Below are positions 1-8,285 of a stretch of DNA of 32,000 nt, in pieces. The position numbers and the translations under genes are program-made. The stretch lies in contig JACNLQ010000032.1 of NCBI GenBank assembly GCA_014381415.1, forward strand, positions 13,054 through 45,053, in the 5' to 3' direction. The DNA comes from Fidelibacterota bacterium (GTDB taxonomy: Bacteria; Fidelibacterota; Marinisomatia; SCGC-AAA003-L08; D37C17). The notes under the pieces are model-generated. The model did no database searches, was not told the DNA's origin, and saw only the letters and a list, made by a program, of their open reading frames with translations. Numbering within the stretch: position 1 is the first letter of the stretch; each line of letters opens with the position of its first letter.

Positions 1-583
1 TCTGATTAATAAATATAACAGAAGTTCTAGATTTGGAGACAGTGCCAGTAAGTTTTCGCAATGCCTGAGACATGAGTCTTGCCTGAAGTCCCACATGCGT
101 ATCTCCCATATCACCATCTAATTCTGCCTTTGGAACCAATGCTGCAACTGAATCAATTACTATCACATCTAAGGCGCCACTTCTAACCAGAGTTTCGGTA
201 ATATCCAATGCCTGCTCGCCAGTATCCGGTTGGGAGATCAGCAGATTATCCGTATCAACACCTAATTTTTTAGCATATTCAGGATCCATAGCATGTTCAG
301 CATCAATGAATGCTGCATAGCCTCCTGCTTTTTGGGCTTCGGCTATTATGTGCAGGGTAAGTGTAGTCTTCCCAGAAGATTCAGGTCCATAAATTTCTGT
401 GATTCTGCCTCTAGGGATTCCTCCTATCCCTAATGCAGCGTCTAGTGATATAGATCCAGTGGAAATTCCCTCAATTTTTACGATAGAATCTTCACCCATT
501 CGCATTATTGATCCCTGACCAAATTGCTTTTCAATCTGTGAGATTGCTAAGTCTAATGTTTTTTCTTTCTGTTGTACTTCCAT
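1..583 (-). CDS. recA: Recombinase RecA (N-terminal ~194 codons; C-terminus runs off the window)
   Basis: Not in the ORF track because there is no stop codon in the window. The minus-strand translation from the ATG at 583-581 reads [35 protein letters not shown]...[18 protein letters not shown] (Walker A)...[19 protein letters not shown]. This is a canonical RecA N-terminus and core. Confidence 0.95.
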   Translation of the reverse strand, partial: MEVQQKEKTLDLAISQIEKQFGQGSIMRMGEDSIVKIEGISTGSISLDAALGIGGIPRGRITEIYGPESSGKTTLTLHIIAEAQKAGGYAAFIDAEHAMDPEYAKKLGVDTDNLLISQPDTGEQALDITETLVRSGALDVIVIDSVAALVPKAELDGDMGDTHVGLQARLMSQALRKLTGTVSKSRTSVIFINQ

Positions 584-602
584 TGGAATTTTCCTTTCTT
601 TA

Positions 603-1175
603 TCAGTTTAACGGGAACTCGTTTAGTATTCTATATTTTACCCCCTCTTGGAGTAATTGACTTTCAAACAAACAAATAGAATTAACATCTAATTCTATCG
701 GGGAATATACGGTGTTCAAAAATGGTAAAACATCAATTTTAACAATATTCTGTGGAATTTTTGCAATTGTAATATGAGGGGTGAATGTCTTTGCTGGGGT
801 TTTATCTGTTATTTTCAGGAGAGATGATTCAATTTGTGTGTGCAATGATATTAATTCTATCGCACCCCTTTTTATCCCCAACCAGAGCACTCTCGGAGAA
901 TCTGAAGAAGGAAAAGCTCCAGTGGATTCAATGACCATTTCAAATTTGTTTTGTATAATCTCAGCCTCTAATGATTGAATAATACCTTCAATATTTTTAA
1001 TTGATAGATTCCCTACAAATCTCAGAGTTAAATGAATATTTTCTGATGGAATCCAATTTATTTTTTCTGAATTCCCAGTAAATTTTGATTTTAAGACAGC
1101 GAGGAGGGGCTTGATGACTGTGCTAATTGGGACTCCAATAAAAACACGTTTTTCATTAATTTTTTTCAATCGCAA
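603..1175 (-). CDS. thpR: RNA 2',3'-cyclic phosphodiesterase / 2'-5' RNA ligase family (2H phosphoesterase)
   Basis: 190 aa with the two H-x-T-x motifs of the 2H superfamily (HLTLRF and HITIAK). It lies between cinA and recA. There is no in-frame ATG near the start, so a TTG at 1175 or 1169 is implied, and the start is uncertain by a few codons. Confidence 0.75.
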   Translation of the reverse strand: MRLKKINEKRVFIGVPISTVIKPLLAVLKSKFTGNSEKINWIPSENIHLTLRFVGNLSIKNIEGIIQSLEAEIIQNKFEMVIESTGAFPSSDSPRVLWLGIKRGAIELISLHTQIESSLLKITDKTPAKTFTPHITIAKIPQNIVKIDVLPFLNTVYSPIELDVNSICLFESQLLQEGVKYRILNEFPLN

Positions 1176-2379
1176 GTCGTGTTATATTTAAAGCGGCTGT
1201 AGTGGTCATTTCCCGATGGATGTGTCTACCGTAATTAAAATTATATTTTTTTACCATAGATTTTTCTGGCGTCACTACTCCAATATAAACCAATCCAACT
1301 GGTTTTGTTTTAGTCCCACCCTCAGGACCAGAAATACCTGTAGTACTGATGCCAATATCAGCTCCAGTTTTAGCTCTAACTCCTTTTGCCATTTTTAGGG
1401 CAACTTCTTCATTTACTGCTCCGAGAGTATTAATAATATCATTGGGTATATTTAACAGAGAGGATTTCAATTGATTACTGTAGGCAGTAACACTTCCTAA
1501 AAAATATTCTGAGCTTCCAGCAGTATCTGTTAAACGCTTACCTATTAATCCACCAGTGCAGGATTCAGCTGTGGCAATTGTATAATTATTTTTAATTAAT
1601 TTGAGTCCGAGAACTTTTTCTAAAGTGTCATTATTTATCCCATAAGCATAGGGCAACATAGCTTTATAAAATTCATCTTTTACATCTTGTAGATTATCAA
1701 TTTTATTCAATTTATTTATTCTGAATGATACACCTGAATAGTGAGGTAAAAATGCATATCGGTATGAATGTGAATAATTTTCCATTAACCCATTTACTTT
1801 TTCTGCTAAATGGCTTTCCATAATTCCAGCTGTTTTTATGGTGATGGAATTTTCTACTGGAGATTTTTTAATATATTTAGGGAGGATATGATTTTTCACC
1901 ATACTTTTCATTTCTCCTGGCACTCCTGGCATTATAAAGGTATGTGTGTCCTTTATTAATATGTGCATTCCAAGGGCCGTTCCATTTTCATTGGGTATAA
2001 CATCAGCTGTTTTTAAAAGCATTGCCTGGCTGCGGTTACTTTCGGGCATTTTAATGGACCTTTTTTCAAAATGATGTATTAGTTGAGTATAATAACTTTC
2101 ATCAAAAATCAATTCATCATCCAGAAATTGCCGAAAAGCCTCTTTGGTTATATCATCATGGGTGGGTCCTAATCCGCCTGTTACAAACAGTAAATCAAAT
2201 TTATCATTTAAAATATATTGTGTTTCAGAAATGATATCATTTAGGTTGTCTCCAATGGCAACTTTTTTTGAAATTTTGATATTGTAAGGGAGGAGGGTTG
2301 TTCCCAACCAGGAAGAATTTGTGTCAATGGTGAAACCCTGCAAGAGTTCATCGCCAATGGTTAATACAGCTGCGTTCAC
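1156..2379 (-). CDS. cinA: CinA family protein (MoCF-type N-domain plus nicotinamide-nucleotide amidohydrolase PncC C-domain)
   Basis: 407 aa. The N-terminus AAVLTIGDELLQG...VTGGLGPTHDDITKE is MoaB/MogA-like. The C-domain contains TIATAESCTGGLIG, typical of CinA/PncC. Its position upstream of recA matches the known cinA-recA linkage. Confidence 0.9.
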   Translation of the reverse strand: MNAAVLTIGDELLQGFTIDTNSSWLGTTLLPYNIKISKKVAIGDNLNDIISETQYILNDKFDLLFVTGGLGPTHDDITKEAFRQFLDDELIFDESYYTQLIHHFEKRSIKMPESNRSQAMLLKTADVIPNENGTALGMHILIKDTHTFIMPGVPGEMKSMVKNHILPKYIKKSPVENSITIKTAGIMESHLAEKVNGLMENYSHSYRYAFLPHYSGVSFRINKLNKIDNLQDVKDEFYKAMLPYAYGINNDTLEKVLGLKLIKNNYTIATAESCTGGLIGKRLTDTAGSSEYFLGSVTAYSNQLKSSLLNIPNDIINTLGAVNEEVALKMAKGVRAKTGADIGISTTGISGPEGGTKTKPVGLVYIGVVTPEKSMVKKYNFNYGRHIHREMTTTAALNITRLAIEKN

Positions 2380-2816
2380 AAAATGAAGGCAATACCAGAA
2401 ACAATTGCAAGCGTAAATAAACCAGCTAATACATCATCGAGCATAATTCCCCAGCCACCAGGCAAATTCTGAGCTTGATAAATAAAAGATGGTTTTAGAA
2501 TATCAAAAAATCGGAATAAAAGAAACGCGAAAAGGTAAAGAACCAAATTGTGGGGCAGCATAAAAAGTGAAATTCCCATACCCACAGCTTCATCAATTAC
2601 TATTTCTGAGGGGTCATGAACTTTCAAATATTTAGCAACTTTGTGAGAGGAATACACACCCAGCACAAAGAGGATTAAAATTACTGAAAAATGAACCGAT
2701 GCTGTGATAGGGAGAAAAAGCCACAATACTAATGTCCCCAAACTCCCACATGACCCCGGGGCGAGGGGAATTTTACCCAAGTAAAAAAAGGTGGCTGCAA
2801 ATCGCCAAATTGTCAT
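2376..2816 (-). CDS. pgpA: Phosphatidylglycerophosphatase A
   Basis: 146 aa polytopic membrane protein. Motifs GSxGSL, DPSEIVIDE, FRFFDILKP and DDVLAG match the PgpA family. It has 4-nt overlaps with both neighbours and is adjacent to pgsA. Confidence 0.8.
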   Translation of the reverse strand: MTIWRFAATFFYLGKIPLAPGSCGSLGTLVLWLFLPITASVHFSVILILFVLGVYSSHKVAKYLKVHDPSEIVIDEAVGMGISLFMLPHNLVLYLFAFLLFRFFDILKPSFIYQAQNLPGGWGIMLDDVLAGLFTLAIVSGIAFIL

Positions 2817-3406
2817 TTATTTAAAAATAAATTTTCTAAGGTTTTATAATTGTAATACACATAATGAACACCTGTATAAAATGTAATTATAGTAGTGATC
2901 ACCATGAGGTAAAAAAGCGAATCTTTTAAAAGAAGTTCTGGAATATCTATTTTATAAGAAATTAGGATTAGGAATACCAGAATAAAACAAATAGTGACAA
3001 TTTGGAGAAATGTTTTCAGTTTGCTGGCCTTACTGGTGATCATAGTGACACCTTTGTATTGCATGAGTGTACGCAAAAGTGTTACCAAAATATCCCGAAA
3101 TGAAATTAAAATTATCATCCATAGTTTTACGGTAGTTGTCAATACTGGGAGAAGCATAAATCCATAAAAAGCAGATAGTACTAATAATTTATCTGCGAGG
3201 GGATCAAAATAAACACCAAACTGAGATTCAATATTATATTTTCGGGCAATTATACCATCATAGGCATCAGTTATAGAGGCAGCGATAAAAACGATGAGAG
3301 CCAGTAGTTTCCCATGGCTAAAATCTGAAAATAAAAAATATAAGAAAACCGGTACTAGAAGAATTCTTGTTGAAGTTAGAAAATTAGGAATCCATTTATA
3401 TTTCAT
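2813..3406 (-). CDS. pgsA: CDP-alcohol phosphatidyltransferase, probably CDP-diacylglycerol--glycerol-3-phosphate 3-phosphatidyltransferase
   Basis: 197 aa membrane protein with the family motif D-x2-DG-x2-AR-x8-G-x3-D-x3-D (DAYDGIIARKYNIESQFGVYFDPLADK). The pgsA assignment rests on its adjacency to pgpA and cinA-recA. Confidence 0.75.
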   Translation of the reverse strand: MKYKWIPNFLTSTRILLVPVFLYFLFSDFSHGKLLALIVFIAASITDAYDGIIARKYNIESQFGVYFDPLADKLLVLSAFYGFMLLPVLTTTVKLWMIILISFRDILVTLLRTLMQYKGVTMITSKASKLKTFLQIVTICFILVFLILISYKIDIPELLLKDSLFYLMVITTIITFYTGVHYVYYNYKTLENLFLNK

Positions 3407-3411
3407 ACTTT

Positions 3412-4005
3412 TTAATTTAGTTCAACTCTTTCATTTATGGATCGCGTTAGGGTAGCTTCATCAACATATTCTAATTGCCCTCCCACTGGCAACCCTCTTG
3501 CTAAGCGTGTCATTTTTATGGGTTGAGTTTCTAATAATTTCGAAATATACAAAATTGTTGCCTCTCCTTCAATACTGGTGTCGGTTGCAACAATAAGTTC
3601 TGTTGCGGTTTTTACCCTTTCTATTAGGGAATCAATTTGCAAGTCATCAGGACCGATACCATCTAATGGAGATAGAAGTCCGCCCAATACATGATAGACA
3701 CCCCTGAAACCCGTTTTTTCTATGAGATAAATGTCGGAGGGGTCTTCACAAATGCAAATAATTGAACTATCTCTTTTTTCATCAGTGCAAATTTCACAAA
3801 GGTCAGCTTCGGCAATATTATGACAATTATTACAGGTGTTGATTTTAGTTTTTACATTTATTAGAGCTTGGGAAAAATCTTCGATTTCTTTTGAACTAGT
3901 TTTTAAAACATGCAATCCTAAACGATGAGCAGTTTTTTTCCCAATTCCCGGAAATTTAGAAAAACCCTTAATTACCTTTTCTAATGTTGGGGGTAATCCG
4001 TCCAT
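3412..4005 (-). CDS. recR: Recombination protein RecR
   Basis: 197 aa. It has an N-terminal helix-hairpin-helix (FSKFPGIGKKTAHRL), a Cys4 zinc finger (CNNCHN...CEIC) and a Toprim domain (ICICEDPSD...ELIVATD). It follows ybaB as in most bacteria. Confidence 0.95.
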   Translation of the reverse strand: MDGLPPTLEKVIKGFSKFPGIGKKTAHRLGLHVLKTSSKEIEDFSQALINVKTKINTCNNCHNIAEADLCEICTDEKRDSSIICICEDPSDIYLIEKTGFRGVYHVLGGLLSPLDGIGPDDLQIDSLIERVKTATELIVATDTSIEGEATILYISKLLETQPIKMTRLARGLPVGGQLEYVDEATLTRSINERVELN

Positions 4006-4331
4006 TACATTCCAGGGATTTTCATTTTTCCCATCATACCACCGGTAATGGAATTCATTTTTTCCTCGGCAACTTTTCCAGCATTTTGCAATCCTTGATT
4101 CACTGCTGCCAAAATCATATCTTCAATCATTTCTTTATCTTCGGTTAATATTTCTGGGTCAATGGTTAATGCAACAAGTTCTTTGTGACCATTCACTGTA
4201 ACGGTTACCATTCCTCCCCCTGCCTGCCCTTCAATTTCGATCGAATTAAGTTCTGCCTGCGCTTTTTCCATTTGGCTCTGCAATTCCTGAGCCTTTTTAA
4301 TCATTTTAGTCATTCCGCCTTTTGGTAACAT
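4005..4331 (-). CDS. ybaB: Nucleoid-associated protein YbaB/EbfC
   Basis: 108 aa. The sequence KKAQELQSQMEKAQAEL...GGGMVTVTVNG...IDP is typical of the family. It sits in the conserved dnaX-ybaB-recR context. Confidence 0.9.
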   Translation of the reverse strand: MLPKGGMTKMIKKAQELQSQMEKAQAELNSIEIEGQAGGGMVTVTVNGHKELVALTIDPEILTEDKEMIEDMILAAVNQGLQNAGKVAEEKMNSITGGMMGKMKIPGM

Positions 4332-4340
4332 TGTAATCTC

Positions 4341-5999
4341 CTATCTTATTATTTCACCTTCAAATGTTTCTAATACCTTCATAAATAAGGGATGTTCCGC
4401 ACTTTCCGGTTTCTTTTTTTCTGAATTTTCTTCGTTATTTTCCTGAATATGAAATTTAATCCTAATTTTCTGGTTTAACTTATTATTTATTACCGATGCA
4501 ATTTGCTCAGCATCTTTCTCCAGCGTTTTCAAATGAAATCTATGTCCATTAACGAGCTCAATAAATAATTGTTTTCCATCAAAACTGGATAATTTTGCCT
4601 CCTCAAGAAAATGAGCAATTTTGGAATTTTTCTTTTCAAGCTCCTCGATAATTTCATTCCAGGAATTTCTAAAATCATCAATTGTTAAATTATTATCCGG
4701 TTCGGGTTTAGGCTCAGAAACTGCTGAAGCAATTGGAGTTGACTCAGATTTTTCGACTACTGGGCTATCTTTTGCTGACTGATGTGATTCTATCGGTTCG
4801 GTCTGAACAGGGGGTGAAATCGATTTATCTATATGTATGGTTGACTTTGGGGGTTCAGCTTTTTTAACAGAAATCGTTTTCGGTACATCTCCCGATAGAA
4901 TACTGGCAATATCAACACTAGAGTCCATCATTGATAATTTTATAAAAAGAGCTTCTAATGAGATAAGGGGTTGTTGAAGAAATCTTAATTTGGATTCAAA
5001 TTGGAGAGATAAATCAAGCATTCTCAAAAAATCTGCTGTAGAAAACCGGCAATTATTTTGGAGCCAATTCAAGCTTTCTTCTGAGAGATTTAATTTACTG
5101 GATTCCCCTGTTTTCTGAATCATACAGTTTCGTAGGTATTCGTTAAATCCGTTTATAAAATCTGAGATTGCAAATCCCGAATCAATAAGTTGACTCAGCT
5201 GATTAATTACTACTTTATGATCCCTTTTTTCCATTGTTTGAATAATATTTAGAAAAACATTTTCCTTAATAATTCCCAGGACATCACGGATTGTTTCAAC
5301 ATCTAAAGCATCGCTGGCATAGGCAATTGTTTGGTCTAACAGGCTCAGCGAATCCCGTAAACTTCCATCAGCTTTTTGCGCAATGAGGCGAATGCCTTCT
5401 GTATCATATTTAATATTTTCAGATTCTAATATTTTTATGAGATAATCAGAAATATCATTTATGGAAATCTGTTTAAAATCAAATCGTTGTGTTCTGGATA
5501 AAATGGTTGCAGGTACTTTGTGTGCATCTGTGGTGGCCATAATGAAAATTACATGGGGAGGGGGTTCTTCCAATGTTTTTAATAATGCATTGAAAGCTTC
5601 CTTTGTGAGCATGTGGACTTCATCGATAATATAAATACGGTATTTACTGCTGTTTGGAGGATATTTTACTGCTTCCCTTAAATCCCTCATTTCATCTATC
5701 CCTCTGTTAGATGCCCCGTCCAATTCCTGAACATCCAAATTGCTTCCTTGGGTAATTTCGGTACAGTTTACGCAGGATCCGCAGGGGTTATTCTCAGGTG
5801 GATTTTTACAATTGAGAACTTTAGCAAGAATGCGGGCAGTAGTTGTTTTTCCCACGCCTCTTGGACCAGAAAAAATATAGCCGTGTGCAACTCGGTCTGA
5901 GCCAATAGCATTTTGTAAAGTACGGGTTACATGCGTTTGACCAACGACTTCATCAAATCGTTGGGGTCTTAATTTTAGTGATAATACTTGATAACTCAT
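4341..5999 (-). CDS. dnaX: DNA polymerase III subunit gamma/tau
   Basis: 552 aa. It has Walker A (GPRGVGKTT), the zinc module CGSCVNC, a DEVH box and SRTQRF, followed by a Pro/Ser/Glu-rich linker and a C-terminal domain. Confidence 0.95.
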   Translation of the reverse strand: MSYQVLSLKLRPQRFDEVVGQTHVTRTLQNAIGSDRVAHGYIFSGPRGVGKTTTARILAKVLNCKNPPENNPCGSCVNCTEITQGSNLDVQELDGASNRGIDEMRDLREAVKYPPNSSKYRIYIIDEVHMLTKEAFNALLKTLEEPPPHVIFIMATTDAHKVPATILSRTQRFDFKQISINDISDYLIKILESENIKYDTEGIRLIAQKADGSLRDSLSLLDQTIAYASDALDVETIRDVLGIIKENVFLNIIQTMEKRDHKVVINQLSQLIDSGFAISDFINGFNEYLRNCMIQKTGESSKLNLSEESLNWLQNNCRFSTADFLRMLDLSLQFESKLRFLQQPLISLEALFIKLSMMDSSVDIASILSGDVPKTISVKKAEPPKSTIHIDKSISPPVQTEPIESHQSAKDSPVVEKSESTPIASAVSEPKPEPDNNLTIDDFRNSWNEIIEELEKKNSKIAHFLEEAKLSSFDGKQLFIELVNGHRFHLKTLEKDAEQIASVINNKLNQKIRIKFHIQENNEENSEKKKPESAEHPLFMKVLETFEGEIIR

Positions 6000-6020
6000 A
6001 TTATTATATTGTATTTAAAA

Positions 6021-6286
6021 CTGTGCACCGGTAGTTGTATTTCCTGTTTAAATGATCTGTTTTACAGCCAGCTCAGTTTCAGAAATTTACGGCACATAAG
6101 CAATATTTCTACCGCTGCTTCCTTCCGGATCTGACGGGATTAAAAACAAGTCTATTGCGTAAAGCTGAAAGCATCAACACCACTTATAAACCATTTCAAA
6201 TTCAGCAAAACCCTCCTACCGGTATTCAATCCTGCATTAAGCGGGTTTCAGGATACAGGGAACCGCTAACTCCCCATCTAGCACAG
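6021..6286 (-). ncRNA. ffs: Signal recognition particle RNA, long (Alu-domain-containing, Bacillus-type) form
   Basis: The minus strand carries the universal domain IV motif GTCAGATCCGGAAGGAAGCAGCGG (plus-strand 6111-6135). The 5' portion, GTGCTAGATGGGGAGTTAGCGGTTCCCTGTATCCTGAAACCCGCTTAATGCAGG, closely resembles the B. subtilis scRNA Alu domain as I recall it. The 5' CTGTGC (6286-6281) pairs with the 3' GCACAG (6026-6021), which is followed by TTTT. It sits directly upstream of dnaX, the classic ffs position. The ends are approximate, within about 5 nt. Confidence 0.85.
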
Positions 6287-6372
6287 ATTAATAGCTAATC
6301 TTGTTTATTCCGTTGTAGAGAGAATATAAATTTACATTGGTTAGAATATGCAATTGGAAGAAAATGAATTTG

Positions 6373-7140
6373 TCATTGTGCTCCATTTTCTGATAATTCT
6401 ACCGAAAATCCCTCTAAAGTATAAATGATGCCGTCATTATTAAAATCAGATTCATCTTCAATTGTTAATAAAGGTTTGTCCCAATTAAAACGCCATAATC
6501 CTATGAGTGAATCGTGATAGGAATACCTATAATAATCGCCCAATTTATTCGGATGGGCATATTGAAAAGTTATGGTACTATCTGCAAGTCTGGTATTCCA
6601 AAAGCGGACTTCATCAATATAGCCATACCAGAAATTTTCACGAATGGTTCGGGTTTTGTTTACAATGCCACCAATATTTAACATATTTCCCACAACATCA
6701 ATAATTTTTTCATCACTGAATATGTTGGTTGAGTCTATATATAATTTTATTCCCTTAGAATTTGAAAAGAGGATTGATATCAGATAAAAATTGTCCGGGT
6801 CGGACCAATCCAGCCAGCTAAACTCACTGGGAGTTACATTTGAATTAATGATTGTGGTAAGAATATTTGGCTGATTAGCATCCCTTAATAATGCTAAGGT
6901 TATTCCATCCGTGGAGTCAATAATTGAAAAAATAGCAGGGGCTTCATTGGTATCTACCTCCCCTCCTGAAACCCAAAATTGGAGGGTGAAATCATTGGAT
7001 TCTAATTTCATACTGTCGATTTTAGCAAATTCAATCCAACTGCCCCCTGTAAAATACAGACTATTATATTTCCCTTCCTGAATTATTAAATCAATACAGG
7101 AAAATAAAAAGAGAATGGGCAATAATTTTATAATTCTCAT
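6373..7140 (-). CDS. Lipoprotein with a LamG / concanavalin A-like lectin domain
   Basis: 255 aa with a signal peptide and lipobox (LPILFLFSC). The body has the pattern typical of Laminin_G_3-type domains (FTLQFWV...IDEVRFWNTRL). Its start overlaps the upstream stop (ATGA). Confidence 0.6.
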   Translation of the reverse strand: MRIIKLLPILFLFSCIDLIIQEGKYNSLYFTGGSWIEFAKIDSMKLESNDFTLQFWVSGGEVDTNEAPAIFSIIDSTDGITLALLRDANQPNILTTIINSNVTPSEFSWLDWSDPDNFYLISILFSNSKGIKLYIDSTNIFSDEKIIDVVGNMLNIGGIVNKTRTIRENFWYGYIDEVRFWNTRLADSTITFQYAHPNKLGDYYRYSYHDSLIGLWRFNWDKPLLTIEDESDFNNDGIIYTLEGFSVELSENGAQ

Positions 7141-8285
7141 GGATTAGACCATCCAGAAATATAGTCACTATATTTTCTTTGACCATTAATATCTACTACG
7201 GCTACGGAATAATACCAGGTTGTCCCATTGCCCACATTTCTGTCCATAAACTTTTTTTGTAAAGGGTCAATAATGATTGCAATCTGTTGGGAATTATCAG
7301 CATTCTCATTGGAGGATCTCCATATTTCATATTGGTAAAAATACGTTGAATTTGAGACTGGCTCCCATGTAATCTGAATAAATTCATTATTATTTTTACT
7401 CACATTTGAATTGGTTAAAGATATTTTTCCGGGGGAGATGAAATTGGTGTAATTATAAATATAACTGTTTCGACCACTATCCCCTGCATTTACGCGAATC
7501 TGATAAAAGTAAGAATAAATCCCCGATTCTTCAGTAACCATTGAATCGGTAAAACTGGTGTCATTTTTTGTAAGAGTTACTAATTTACAAGCACAATTTT
7601 CAGAATTAATGAGGTCGACAGCATTATTATTTGCAACTCGATATAGAATATAATCTGTAAAATTGTCATCAAGCTCTGCTGTGGTTGACCAATTAATTAT
7701 ACGATGGTATTTTGGATATTCAACATCCGTAAATTCTTCCCCTTCATTCCATTCACCATTCCCAAGATCTGTAAATGATTCACCCTCATTCCAGACGCCA
7801 TCGAAATTTGCGTCAGTAAAATATTCCCCTTCATCCCAAACCCCATTTCCAAGGTCAGTATAAATTTCTCCAAAATCATATATCAGATTTCCTCGCTTAA
7901 CAGTTTCAATCTCATATCGAAAATTTGTCACCGGGTAAACAGGTCTGGTGAAAATTTGGATACTGTCCACATAAGTTGAATCAACCGCAATAACCTGTAT
8001 TGAAATATCCCGGAATTCACCAGGGCTCATCCCACTAAATGTATGTGAGTTGCCACTTGGGTATATATCTTCCCCTGAAACAAATAATTTAACTTCTCCT
8101 TCAGTAGTGTTCCAGAAAATGGTTACAGATTCGAGAGTGGAACCAGAATTGGAACTCCACAAATTAATCTTATAATTTTGATTGGGCAAATTAGATATAT
8201 TATTATTAATTATAAGTGATGTTTCCTCACTGCAGGAAAAAATAAACAGAAAGAGAATAAAATATATATTTAATTGTTTACTCAT
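7137..8285 (-). CDS. Lipoprotein with FN3-like modules and an internal acidic/aromatic tandem repeat
   Basis: The ORF track starts at 8336. I prefer the ATG at 8285 (MSKQLNIYFILFLFIFSC, signal plus lipobox), which overlaps the dnaG stop as ATGAGTAA. The C-terminal segment (ITWEPVSNSTYFYQYEIWRS...WYYSVAVVD) looks FN3-like. The product is otherwise unknown. Confidence 0.6.
   Translation of the reverse strand: MSKQLNIYFILFLFIFSCSEETSLIINNNISNLPNQNYKINLWSSNSGSTLESVTIFWNTTEGEVKLFVSGEDIYPSGNSHTFSGMSPGEFRDISIQVIAVDSTYVDSIQIFTRPVYPVTNFRYEIETVKRGNLIYDFGEIYTDLGNGVWDEGEYFTDANFDGVWNEGESFTDLGNGEWNEGEEFTDVEYPKYHRIINWSTTAELDDNFTDYILYRVANNNAVDLINSENCACKLVTLTKNDTSFTDSMVTEESGIYSYFYQIRVNAGDSGRNSYIYNYTNFISPGKISLTNSNVSKNNNEFIQITWEPVSNSTYFYQYEIWRSSNENADNSQQIAIIIDPLQKKFMDRNVGNGTTWYYSVAVVDINGQRKYSDYISGWSNP
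7725..7874 (-). repeat. In-frame degenerate tandem repeat, about 3.3 copies of a 15-residue unit [YSE]FTD-x-G/F-N/D-G-x-W-[DN]-EGE
   Basis: The translation is GEIYTDLGNGVWDEGE / YFTDANFDGVWNEGE / SFTDLGNGEWNEGE / EFTD. A periodicity of about 45 nt is also visible in the DNA. Confidence 0.7.

Noticed and set aside
4413-4419. An E. coli-like dnaX -1 frameshift heptamer, A AAA AAG, in the correct zero frame (codons GAA AAA AAG, residues 527-529 of DnaX).
   Set aside because: It lies only about 24 codons before the natural stop, and the -1 frame runs for a similar length. Slippage would not give a shortened gamma subunit, and there is no obvious downstream stem-loop. It is most likely just a Lys-rich tail (EKKKP).
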